Source: a virus
Virus record (IMG/VR): IMGVR_UViG_3300044825_000904
Coordinates: 1-64,000 of that record
Direction: 5' to 3' (one strand)
Length of the DNA stretch: 64,000 bases
Under the pieces are notes generated by a model. The model saw only the letters and a program-made list of their open reading frames with translations, was not told the origin of the DNA and made no database searches. Each line of letters starts with the position of its first letter. Positions within the stretch are counted from its first letter, which is position 1. Made by a program: the position numbers and the translations under genes. Shown one piece after another: positions 7,676-15,844 of the stretch.

Positions 7676-7858
7676 TAGTCAGGACAGGATTCGAACCTGT
7701 AAGCCTTGGTGCCAGCCGCTAATGCGAGCCACGAACCAGGGATTGTCTTATTTAGACTCGCTTCCACACTATGATAGTTTAATACTACCCTACGAGTTGG
7801 CTTTTTGCGTCTACCTTCGGCCGGGAACTCCTGATACGACCCTTCCGCCACCTGACTA
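7676..7858 (-). ncRNA. tRNA-like element 3 with inserts in the D-loop and anticodon region
   Basis: AGTCAGG/CCTGACT acceptor, TGGCGGAA...GGTAGACGC D-arm, ACAGG-TTCGAAT-CCTGT T-arm; 183 nt. Confidence 0.7.
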
Positions 7859-7863
7859 ATATT

Positions 7864-7989
7864 TTAAAATCTTATCCACCAAGTGTGTGTCAACCACCCG
7901 AACATAAGTTCCCTTGTTCCATCTTCATGCATTTCAAATGCAATTAGTGGTAGGATAATTAAAGCAAACCCTTTAGATTTCTTCTCCAT
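7864..7989 (-). CDS. 41-aa hypothetical protein
   Basis: MEKKSKGFALIILPLIAFEMHEDGTRELMFGWLTHTWWIRF, translated by hand. Confidence 0.55.
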   Translation of the reverse strand: MEKKSKGFALIILPLIAFEMHEDGTRELMFGWLTHTWWIRF

Positions 7990-7998
7990 ATTATTTAA

Positions 7999-8256
7999 TT
8001 AAAGAACTACTACCACATCTTTCTCTGTGATGACCGTATATAGGTCCTCATTGATGCGGATGGTGTGGCCAGCTGCACGATCAAAGTAGATAAATGAGCC
8101 TGGCTTAATTCCATCTACTAGCGAGCCTTGTGATACCACGGTTGCTTTCTTGTAGCGTAGCTCATTTGCATCCATTGCGGTCATAATTAAGCCGCCCTTG
8201 GACTTTGTCTCCTCTTCTTGAGGCACGATTAGAATATTCTTTCCGATTACTTTCAT
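7999..8256 (-). CDS. groES: Co-chaperonin GroES
   Basis: MKVIGKNILIVP.EEETKSKGGLI...ATVVSQG...IKPG...ITEKDVV. Confidence 0.9.
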   Translation of the reverse strand: MKVIGKNILIVPQEEETKSKGGLIMTAMDANELRYKKATVVSQGSLVDGIKPGSFIYFDRAAGHTIRINEDLYTVITEKDVVVVL

Positions 8257-8279
8257 AACATTAATTATATTTTACATTT

Positions 8280-8530
8280 ATTTACAAATTTGTAAATTTT
8301 ATTTAACCTTATTATCAGAACTTGCAACTTTTTACAAGTTTCGTCAATAGTGTATATTAGTAATGCACACTTCCAACCTGTTCCAAATTGTAACGGTTTG
8401 GATAATTATCATTTACCATCCCATATTGGTTTGGATTATTAACATTTGTTAACTTATAAGTTAACATTTTTGTAACGTATTTTGGCAAAATTTGTTACAA
8501 AACTCGGAATTTTTCCGAATTTGTAAATTA
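8280..8530. repeat. Array of distinct short palindromes
   Basis: Includes perfect ATTTACAAATTTGTAAAT (8280-8297) and TGTTAACTTATAAGTTAACA (8447-8466). Confidence 0.75.
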
Positions 8531-8531
8531 T

Positions 8532-9122
8532 TTAATAGCTCCCTCTTGGCGTTTTAACTAAAGGCATCAATTCACATCCCAATATATCAAGTACTGTTTC
8601 TATATTTGATATGGTAGAATTTTTATCTTTGTTTTCCATATTATGTATTGTAACCCTTGATATTTTAGCTAAATCTGCCAACTCTTGTTGTGAAATATTT
8701 AATTGTTTTCGCCTATATTTAATAAATTCACTTATACAGGACATTCCATTTATTAAATTCCTCACTAAAGAAATTTTGTCATTAAGTCTAGATTCTTCTT
8801 TATCAACTTCTTTTTCAAGACCTTCTATCGCTTTGCCTTTGTACTTAATATGGTTAAACAATATACATCCAACTCTTTGATAATATTGAATCCAAAAATG
8901 TTCTTTTATAACTAATTCACTTTCTTGGCATTGTTCAATTACATCAACCAAAGGAGCCAATCCTTCTTCTCTTAATTCAAGAACCCAGTGATTTACTGAT
9001 TCATTGTGCGAATAGGTTAGGTGTGATTTAGCTCTATTAATACCACTTGAACTTTTGCCTATATACCTATAGTCATCTGTCTTTGGACACCTAAGTCCAT
9101 AAATTAAATATGTCTTTGTCAT
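8532..9122 (-). CDS. GIY-YIG nuclease fused to an XRE-type HTH
   Basis: LIYGL...YRYIGKS....R...H, E..WI; C-terminal IKYRRKQLNISQQELADLAKISRVTIHNMEN. Confidence 0.8.
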   Translation of the reverse strand: MTKTYLIYGLRCPKTDDYRYIGKSSSGINRAKSHLTYSHNESVNHWVLELREEGLAPLVDVIEQCQESELVIKEHFWIQYYQRVGCILFNHIKYKGKAIEGLEKEVDKEESRLNDKISLVRNLINGMSCISEFIKYRRKQLNISQQELADLAKISRVTIHNMENKDKNSTISNIETVLDILGCELMPLVKTPRGSY

Positions 9123-9149
9123 ACTGTAAAGTTAAATATATTTTACAAT

Positions 9150-9250
9150 ATGTGCAATATATTATACATTTATATGCCAAATGATATAATTGTTGACTTT
9201 CTCCACCATTAAGTGCAATATTATGCTCTAATGTTGGTTATTACCGTCAT
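9150..9250. repeat. Second run of imperfect ~20-bp palindromes
   Basis: Five abutting inverted repeats, e.g. ATGTGCAATATATTATACAT, TTATATGCCAAATGATATAA, ATGTTGGTTATTACCGTCAT. Confidence 0.55.
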
Positions 9251-9465
9251 GGCTTTAGCTTTAATATTTCTATTTTTACTTCATCCCAGTATTCCTCAGA
9301 AAACCTATCATTTTCAAATTGTTTAGAAAAATGTTTTGTGCATTTTGCTATTTCATTTATTGAAAAAATAGCTGATTTTTTGCATTCATCTGGTGTTAGA
9401 TTAGTAAATCTATAAATTCCTACTAATAATTCTTTTGCTTTTTCTTTTGGTGTCATTGTATTCAA
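9247..9465 (-). CDS. Hypothetical phage protein (MTPKEKAKEL...YW.EVK.EI family)
   Basis: Motif in the translation. Confidence 0.7.
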   Translation of the reverse strand: MNTMTPKEKAKELLVGIYRFTNLTPDECKKSAIFSINEIAKCTKHFSKQFENDRFSEEYWDEVKIEILKLKP

Positions 9466-9965
9466 TTAAGATACTTGTTTATTATATTATTTTCATTTTG
9501 AAAATCTATTCTTGCCTTATGAGCTAAATCTTCATTGTCAAATGCCCCCAAATGTACTTTTTTATTTTTAAAATTTATATAGGAAGCCCATTTATTTTTT
9601 TCTTTGCTCCAAGCAACTCCAACATATTTACTACTAGTATTATTATTTAGATTTTTATGAAAATGATTTTCAATAGTAGATACCCATTCTAAATTTTCAA
9701 CTCTATTGTCGGATTTTATTTTATTAATATGGTTTATCTGATTTTGGTAATCTTGCTTTTCTAGTAAAAATGCTTCTGCTACTAATCGATGAACATTATA
9801 ATACTTTTGTTTGCCCTCTTTCCAAAATCCTATCCTAAGATATCCATCTCTTTCTACCTTAGGCTTCATTATTTTACCTTTCCTTGTGAATAAACTGTTT
9901 ACTCTTCCTAGGTTACTGACTTCATATAAGTCTTCATAACCCTTAATTGGTTTCCAAATTTCCAT
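9462..9965 (-). CDS. NUMOD4-HNH-AP2 homing endonuclease
   Basis: MEIWKPIKGYEDLYEVSNLGRV; VHRLVAEAF..INHIN..KSDNRVENLEW; SKYVGVAW...KW...HLGAF. Start moved to 9965. Confidence 0.9.
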   Translation of the reverse strand: MEIWKPIKGYEDLYEVSNLGRVNSLFTRKGKIMKPKVERDGYLRIGFWKEGKQKYYNVHRLVAEAFLLEKQDYQNQINHINKIKSDNRVENLEWVSTIENHFHKNLNNNTSSKYVGVAWSKEKNKWASYINFKNKKVHLGAFDNEDLAHKARIDFQNENNIINKYLN

Positions 9966-9968
9966 AAT

Positions 9969-10057
9969 AAAAAAACCCCCAACGATTGCAGCGAAGGGGG
10001 CGGTCAAGTTTCCTTGATAATCCGAATTAGTAAGCTGCAATATTACCAACTCGGATT
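9969..10057 (-). promoter_or_regulatory. Structured leader with kissing-loop and terminator-like hairpin
   Basis: 15-bp stem with loop ATTGCAGC complementary to GCTGCAAT in the loop of CCCCC/GGGGG-T7. Confidence 0.6.
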
Positions 10058-10084
10058 TGTATATGCAAATATAATTAATAAAAT

Positions 10085-11644
10085 CTACATTTGACGTACA
10101 TTTGTTATGACAGTTTCTGTAGATAATAGTGTTACTGCAACAGATACAGCATTTTTTAGAGCCTCCTTGCACACTTTAGTCGGGTCAATGATCCCAACGC
10201 TCATCATGTGGCAGTATGCCCCTGTAGCTACGTTCACCCCTATGCCTCCCTTAGACAACTGCTTACCTTCATCAAAGTCTGCACCATCCACATCTATGCC
10301 TGCATTGGATAGTATCTTGATCATTGGAGCCAGCATCGCCATTTGTAATATCTCGGTGCCTTTGTTCTCCACGTCCATAGTAGCAGCGATATCTTTTAAC
10401 GCCACGCCACCACCTGGAAGGATGCCTTCTTCTAGTGCTGCACGTACTGCACACACCGCATCGTCCACCCGGTCCTTCTTCTCTTTCTGCTCAATGTCTG
10501 AGTTAGCACCCACCTTGATGATAGCCACCCCACCACCTAGATTAGCGATGCGTTCTTTTAAGAATTCTTTCTCGACAGCCTGCATCTCCACCTCTATCTG
10601 CTCTTGCAACTCTTGCACTCTCTCATCCCCTGCTCCAACAGCATCGAAGATAATTGTATTGAACCGTGAGCTCACCACCTTGCCTGCTTGTCCGCAGTCG
10701 TCAATAGTGACCATCATTAAGTTGTCACCTGTCTGCTCAGAGAAATACTTAGCCCCTGTCGCAATAGCGATGTCCTGCATGATCTGATGACGCTTGTAGC
10801 CAAATGACGGAGGAATAATAGTGCTTACTTTTAGACCCAACTTAATCTTGTTCACGTTAAGTGAGTTTAGTGAGTTCTCATCGAGCTCCCCAATAATAAG
10901 CAATGAATGTCTGCCTTGGTGGATGAACTCTAGAATAGGCAAGATGTCGTTAAGGTTTGTAATGGGCTGGTCAGTCACCAAGATGTATGGCTTGTCTAGC
11001 ACAGCCTCTTGCTTCTTATGGTCTGTCACAAAGTACTTACTCGCAAACCCTCTGTCTATCTTCATGCCACTGACCACCTCAGCGTATGTGTCCGATGTCT
11101 CGGATGCTCCAACTGTCACTACACCACTTAAGCCAACTTGATTGTACGCATCAGCAATGATCTTGCCAATCTCCGCATCGCCATTGGCCGAGATAGTCGC
11201 CACGTCCACCAACTTATCTGATGTAATCTCCGTTGACATAGCAGTTAGCTCCTCAGCCACCTTAAGTGCTGCAGCCTGCACATCACGCAATACTTGTGTG
11301 GTATTGTCTTCTGGTGTAAGCACACCCATTGCCGAATGGATGATGGCTTGTGCCAGCACCATACTCGTCGTCGTCCCATCACCTGCTGAGTTAGCCGTCT
11401 TCTCAGATGCTTCTCGCATGATCATCACAGCCAAGTTCTCAGCTGGATCCATTAAGTTAATTGACTTAGCGACGGTCACACCATCCTTGGTTACTGTAAT
11501 GCCACCAACGTGTTGCTCCGACTCAATAAGCACCGTGCGACCACGAGCTCCTAGTGTAGACCCAACTGCATTTGCAATTGTATTAACACCCTTAATTAAT
11601 TTCTGTCTGCCTTCATCTCCGAAGACGATCTCTTTTACTATCAT
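10085..11644 (-). CDS. groEL: Chaperonin GroEL
   Basis: TLGARGR.V, TKDGVTVAK, AGDGTTT, GGVAIIKVGA, EEGILPGGG, GIIDPTKV. Confidence 0.97.
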   Translation of the reverse strand: MIVKEIVFGDEGRQKLIKGVNTIANAVGSTLGARGRTVLIESEQHVGGITVTKDGVTVAKSINLMDPAENLAVMIMREASEKTANSAGDGTTTSMVLAQAIIHSAMGVLTPEDNTTQVLRDVQAAALKVAEELTAMSTEITSDKLVDVATISANGDAEIGKIIADAYNQVGLSGVVTVGASETSDTYAEVVSGMKIDRGFASKYFVTDHKKQEAVLDKPYILVTDQPITNLNDILPILEFIHQGRHSLLIIGELDENSLNSLNVNKIKLGLKVSTIIPPSFGYKRHQIMQDIAIATGAKYFSEQTGDNLMMVTIDDCGQAGKVVSSRFNTIIFDAVGAGDERVQELQEQIEVEMQAVEKEFLKERIANLGGGVAIIKVGANSDIEQKEKKDRVDDAVCAVRAALEEGILPGGGVALKDIAATMDVENKGTEILQMAMLAPMIKILSNAGIDVDGADFDEGKQLSKGGIGVNVATGAYCHMMSVGIIDPTKVCKEALKNAVSVAVTLLSTETVITNVRQM

Positions 11645-11695
11645 TTTAGATTTTATTTGTTACAAATTTATATACAATTGTAATGCCAAGCAAGA

Positions 11696-12013
11696 TTATT
11701 TGTCCTCATATTCTAGCCCATAGCCAAAATGTCTTAGTATAAGACCCTTCATGCTACTCGGACTTGGTCCAAAGAAACTAAAAGTGTTAGACAAGCCGTT
11801 TCTAGAGTTCTCCCATTCACGACACTGGATAGTTAACTTCTTGTCATATGGATTAGAATCTGCACTCGTTACCATCTCGTGAGAGAATCCCATTAGCTCT
11901 TGAGCACATTGCAATAAGTCGCAATCCTGGAACATTAAATGCTCAGTGTCACAACCCTCCTGAGAGATGTTAACTCTGATCAATTTTGTAGGTTTTGAAA
12001 AGTATGGTTTCAT
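11696..12013 (-). CDS. Hypothetical protein
   Basis: 105-aa ORF with TATATTTG element upstream. Confidence 0.6.
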   Translation of the reverse strand: MKPYFSKPTKLIRVNISQEGCDTEHLMFQDCDLLQCAQELMGFSHEMVTSADSNPYDKKLTIQCREWENSRNGLSNTFSFFGPSPSSMKGLILRHFGYGLEYEDK

Positions 12014-12024
12014 ATTATATTTAT

Positions 12025-12290
12025 TAGTTGTACAAATATACTAAAAACAAATGAAATGTACAATATGTAAACTTGCAAACTTTTTTGCCACATTACGTAA
12101 ATATATTTTTTTATTTTGAGCGTGTGAAATTTTTTTTACTTTTCTTATTTATTTTGTTCATTTTGTTCATAAAAGAATAAATACTTAATATAAATAACTA
12201 ATAATCAATAAGTTAAGTGGTTGTAAGAAAATACAAGTTGTACATATTTTGTACACAAAGAAGTCACAAAAGTGTACGAATTGTATAAAC
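12025..12290. other. AT-rich origin-like region 1 (TGTACA-type repeats, IHF-like site)
   Basis: Several TGTACA/TGTTCA units; AATCAATAAGTTA at 12203-12215; homologous to 21600-21815. Confidence 0.45.
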
Positions 12291-12364
12291 AGACAAGATA
12301 ATGAGCAAAAAAAAGACTCAGCATAGCCAAGTCTCTTTAAATAGTACGATGTTTAAAATAAAAA

Positions 12365-12505
12365 TTATTTCTTTTTCATCTTTGGAAAGACACCTTTCTT
12401 CTCCATCTTCTCTACCTTCTTGCCTTCCTTTTTCTCGTGCTTCATCATAGCAGACTTAGAAGCGTACTTCTCCTTGCCACCATATTCTTTAATCATTTTT
12501 GCCAT
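12365..12505 (-). CDS. 46-aa Lys-rich protein
   Basis: MAKMIKEYGGKEKYASKSAMMKHEKKEGKKVEKMEKKGVFPKMKKK; TAACTTTG element upstream. Confidence 0.65.
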   Translation of the reverse strand: MAKMIKEYGGKEKYASKSAMMKHEKKEGKKVEKMEKKGVFPKMKKK

Positions 12506-12554
12506 TGTTTGTTTGTTTTGGTTTAGGCAAAGTTAAAAATTTTATTAGATAAAT

Positions 12555-12835
12555 ATGGGTTTTGGGTAACACCACCATCTCAGCCGGCCGGGGCCAATCC
12601 GGAAACGCCCTGGATCTTGGTACGGGGGGTACGATTTGGGAAAATTGCCGTAGATTTTTTGGCTTTTCTGGGTGCCATGGGTCACGGCGACGGGCTCCGC
12701 TCGTTTGGCTCCGCTCTGCCCTCTGTCTGTTACGATTTCGCACGGCTCAACACAGACGTAAACAAAAAGCGGTTGAGGTGTACACGCTGACTCTGTTACC
12801 CACCGCCACAAATCCCGCACGATTTCAAACGCTCA
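12555..12835. other. GC-rich non-coding island at the late/early divergence; candidate genome terminus or packaging site
   Basis: Abrupt GC rise, no credible ORF, lies at the strand switch. Confidence 0.4.
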
Positions 12836-12959
12836 ATTTTTTTCACGCACTCGACTACACACGCCAAAATATTTTTAACACAAAACACGTCAATACGCTA
12901 CAATTAGCCATATTTTAAAAATATCGTAAAAAACTTTGCATTTTTTTTTACGTGTTGTA

Positions 12960-12989
12960 TTGTTTATTCGAAATCTTTTTTTACCTTTG
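12960..12989 (+). promoter_or_regulatory. Bacteroidota sigma-A type promoter for early genes
   Basis: TTG (12960-62)-N19-TACCTTTG (12982-89). Confidence 0.75.
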
Positions 12990-13024
12990 AAAAAGAAATC
13001 AAACACACCTTAAAAAATAACGCA

Positions 13025-13237
13025 ATGAACAATTACCTAGAAATTCAAAATTTGACCGGCGTAAACAAAGCTACAAAGGGGGAAAAATCCGTAGTAATTT
13101 CCAAACTACTTGACAAGGTTGTAATTGAGTTTTACTTCCAAGAAAAATACAATACGTTAAAACTTTATTTGGCTTCTGAAATTGACGAAGCGAATAAGGA
13201 CGCAAATACATTTTTAGATTTTGGACTAGTCCTATAA
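13025..13237 (+). CDS. Early hypothetical protein
   Basis: First ORF after the promoter. Confidence 0.65.
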   Translation: MNNYLEIQNLTGVNKATKGEKSVVISKLLDKVVIEFYFQEKYNTLKLYLASEIDEANKDANTFLDFGLVL

Positions 13238-13266
13238 ATAATTTAATCACCTTAAAAAATACTACT

Positions 13267-13500
13267 ATGGAATTCACTAGAATAAACAACGACACAAACG
13301 GAAACCCTCGCTACGTTACGCACTTTTTAAATATACCTATTGATGGCGAAGGCTTAAGCATTGACCAAAAATACGCCCTTGCATGCAAGAAGGCGAACAC
13401 AATAGGCGGGAAAAAATATCATACTAAATCCTTCGGTGGTGGTATTGTGTTCCAATCTTACAATATTAACGACTTAGAAAATCAAATTAACAACCTATAA
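13267..13500 (+). CDS. Early conserved hypothetical protein
   Basis: RINND.NGNPRYV.HF...GGGIVFQSYN motif. Confidence 0.75.
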   Translation: MEFTRINNDTNGNPRYVTHFLNIPIDGEGLSIDQKYALACKKANTIGGKKYHTKSFGGGIVFQSYNINDLENQINNL

Positions 13501-13510
13501 AAATACGCTC

Positions 13511-13678
13511 ATGGATACCTACATTTTTAACGCTTATTATTTCGGAGGCGAAAAGAAAGAAATTAAAGTAAAAGCAAATAGCAGATTTTCCGCATACGGA
13601 AAGGCTACAATTTTAGCCACGCAATACAATAATAATCTAGATTTAGTCGAATTAGAAAAAACTATTTACCATTGTTAA
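13511..13678 (+). CDS. 55-aa early hypothetical protein
   Basis: MDTYIFNAYYFGGEKKEIKVKA..., translated by hand; preceded by the junction motif. Confidence 0.6.
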   Translation: MDTYIFNAYYFGGEKKEIKVKANSRFSAYGKATILATQYNNNLDLVELEKTIYHC

Positions 13679-13702
13679 TCACATTTTAAAAAATACGCAA
13701 TC

Positions 13703-14353
13703 ATGAAAAAGTACACACAAATCCAAAAGTTAGTTTACAAAATGTTAACAGAAAACACGGGCGTGCACTTCCTCGATTCAGGTGGGACAGATGGCCGGAT
13801 GTGGCAACGCAACGCAAAGAAAACAATCGAAGACTTTGCAAATGAGCCAGCGGAACTATATATAAAATATAGAAACGATGATTATATCGAGCGGAGTGTA
13901 TCCGTATTTCATTACATTTCAATGACGCACGAATTAGACTCTATTTGTGATAAATTCAACCGCATTAAATCCACAGACTGGGACGGCGATTTCTACGGAG
14001 TATCCGCAAAGCATCAAGCATTTTTAAACGAGATCGGATATGATAAAAACCCCAGAGAGTGGAACACATACAATGGAGATAGCGACCTTTCCCAAACTTT
14101 GCAGGGTGTCTCATTGCGTTTATTTGTAGACGGGCAATATGAGGATTACGCACTTATTCAAATACACAATGGTGCAGACGTTCGCGGAGGGTACACAGAT
14201 GCGAAATTATTCAAGGTCAACGAATATGCGGAATACATTTCTGAGTACATGGGACAAAGCGAAATTGAGGACGAGCTAGAATATATCACCGTGGTAGATG
14301 AGCACGGGGTAGAATACACCGCCGAAGAACTAAATTTAATCACCTCAAACTAA
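13703..14353 (+). CDS. Early conserved hypothetical protein
   Basis: MLTENTG.HFLDSGG..GR.WQRN; NTYNGDS.LSQ.LQ; QIHNGADVRGGYT. Confidence 0.8.
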   Translation: MKKYTQIQKLVYKMLTENTGVHFLDSGGTDGRMWQRNAKKTIEDFANEPAELYIKYRNDDYIERSVSVFHYISMTHELDSICDKFNRIKSTDWDGDFYGVSAKHQAFLNEIGYDKNPREWNTYNGDSDLSQTLQGVSLRLFVDGQYEDYALIQIHNGADVRGGYTDAKLFKVNEYAEYISEYMGQSEIEDELEYITVVDEHGVEYTAEELNLITSN

Positions 14354-14361
14354 ATACAATC

Positions 14362-14625
14362 ATGAAGAAGAAATATTTATTAGAAACACTGAAACAATTA
14401 GAAGGACTTATAAATCACTTTGAAAGTATAGGATTAGAAGTTATTGAAACGTCAATGGCTGAAGGAACAATTTGGTTGCATTTCAAATTTGACTTTGAAT
14501 TTATTAAGGCCATGATACGTGCGAACTATGAAATTGTAGAAGAAATTTCATGCATTAAAATAACATTCAAGAAAGATAATGTATTTTTTACAACCTATAG
14601 ACCATACGGCGATGAAGGCAAATAA
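14362..14625 (+). CDS. Hypothetical protein
   Basis: Packed ORF in the early operon. Confidence 0.6.
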   Translation: MKKKYLLETLKQLEGLINHFESIGLEVIETSMAEGTIWLHFKFDFEFIKAMIRANYEIVEEISCIKITFKKDNVFFTTYRPYGDEGK

Positions 14626-14806
14626 GCTATTAGAATATCTTTTAGAACTAGACAAAGTCTACGATTTATCAAAGGTCGACGTGTATTATCGAACAGATAG
14701 AGATTCAGATGACGAGGCGGTTAACCACGCAGAAGAGGACCTATACGATGAGCATACAAATTCAGAATTAATATCTATCATGCTATTAAATAACCCACAA
14801 AACTAA
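14612..14806 (+). CDS. Acidic hypothetical protein
   Basis: MKANKLLEYLL...; start moved to 14612. Confidence 0.6.
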   Translation: MKANKLLEYLLELDKVYDLSKVDVYYRTDRDSDDEAVNHAEEDLYDEHTNSELISIMLLNNPQN

Positions 14807-14994
14807 TGAACGTAACGATAAACATTTTAGAACTGGCTAGTGAACTGGCCCACGCTGATTTAATACTGCATATGAATTATGGTGCAGTATACAAAGACGG
14901 CGAAGACTCGACGACTTACACAGAAGAGGCACAAGATGAGTTCAATGAGTTATATGATAAATATTATTCAATTATAGAATCATGCACGATATGA
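14806..14994 (+). CDS. Acidic hypothetical protein
   Basis: INILELASELAH...YTEEAQDEFNELYD.Y. Confidence 0.65.
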   Translation: MNVTINILELASELAHADLILHMNYGAVYKDGEDSTTYTEEAQDEFNELYDKYYSIIESCTI

Positions 14995-15275
14995 AAGACT
15001 TAAAAGAGTTTAGCACCACTGAACTAACCCGTGAATTATGGGCCCGTGGTTACGACGTGTACCACTCAAAAGAGTATGCAACAGATACGATGTGGTTACT
15101 TGATGACGCAATCGATACCTATTCAGGAATTAAGAGTATATATTTTACTGAGAATGAACTGACTCATGAGCAGTTGATGCAAATACTGAATGAAGCGATA
15201 TCTTCATCGGTTGTAATGAGTGCAATATCTGAGTTACTATATGAAAAAATTTATCAAAACTTATTCGAAAAATAA
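14991..15275 (+). CDS. Hypothetical protein
   Basis: ATGA-coupled ORF. Confidence 0.6.
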   Translation: MKDLKEFSTTELTRELWARGYDVYHSKEYATDTMWLLDDAIDTYSGIKSIYFTENELTHEQLMQILNEAISSSVVMSAISELLYEKIYQNLFEK

Positions 15276-15484
15276 TGGCACGCAAATCATTTAAGACCGC
15301 AGGGTATACCTTATACTTAACCACCTCGATCGGTGGCTTAATTAAATCCCAGTTAGTGGACAAACTAACTCGAGAAGAGGTGGAACAGAAATATTTCACC
15401 TCAATGAACGACGAGCTCGAAGACTATCTTACCTCAATTGGGGTGAGTGTGACAAAGGTGCAAGATTATTTAAACGCAATATAA
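15275..15484 (+). CDS. Hypothetical protein
   Basis: TAATG-coupled ORF. Confidence 0.6.
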   Translation: MARKSFKTAGYTLYLTTSIGGLIKSQLVDKLTREEVEQKYFTSMNDELEDYLTSIGVSVTKVQDYLNAI

Positions 15485-15485
15485 A

Positions 15486-15824
15486 ATGGGACTAACTAAA
15501 TCACAAGACATTTGGTCGTGCCACGAATGTGGTGAACTGAAGGGTCGACATGACCTTTGGTTTGATGGAATTTGTGAAGACTGCAATACAGAGAAGCAAG
15601 AATTTAAATTAGATTCCACAAAACCATCAAATAAATTTAAAGAGTACTTAGCAAAATATATGGCTGAAATAGATTTCATAAATTTCCCTAGCAAAACATT
15701 TGACCAACATTACGCCAACAATATGGAGCTAAGAGATTTTGATTTACTCAAGTACTGGCTAGAATACAATGGAGTGTTTGATGGTGGCGAAGAGATGTTA
15801 AATAAATTAAAAATCCTTTTATAA
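15486..15824 (+). CDS. Hypothetical protein with N-terminal Zn ribbon
   Basis: CHEC...CEDC. Confidence 0.65.
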   Translation: MGLTKSQDIWSCHECGELKGRHDLWFDGICEDCNTEKQEFKLDSTKPSNKFKEYLAKYMAEIDFINFPSKTFDQHYANNMELRDFDLLKYWLEYNGVFDGGEEMLNKLKILL

Positions 15825-15844
15825 AAAACTAAACGCAATTTAAA

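Noticed and set aside
7340-7858. Functional decoding tRNAs (Ala/Phe/Leu)
   Set aside because: Anticodon arms are unpaired or replaced by large inserts.
10107-11723. Long plus-strand ORFs opposite groEL (likewise opposite nrdA, MCP, portal)
   Set aside because: Antisense shadows of highly biased genes.
12489-12918. ORFs across the GC-rich island
   Set aside because: Atypical composition, mutual overlap, no recognisable motifs.
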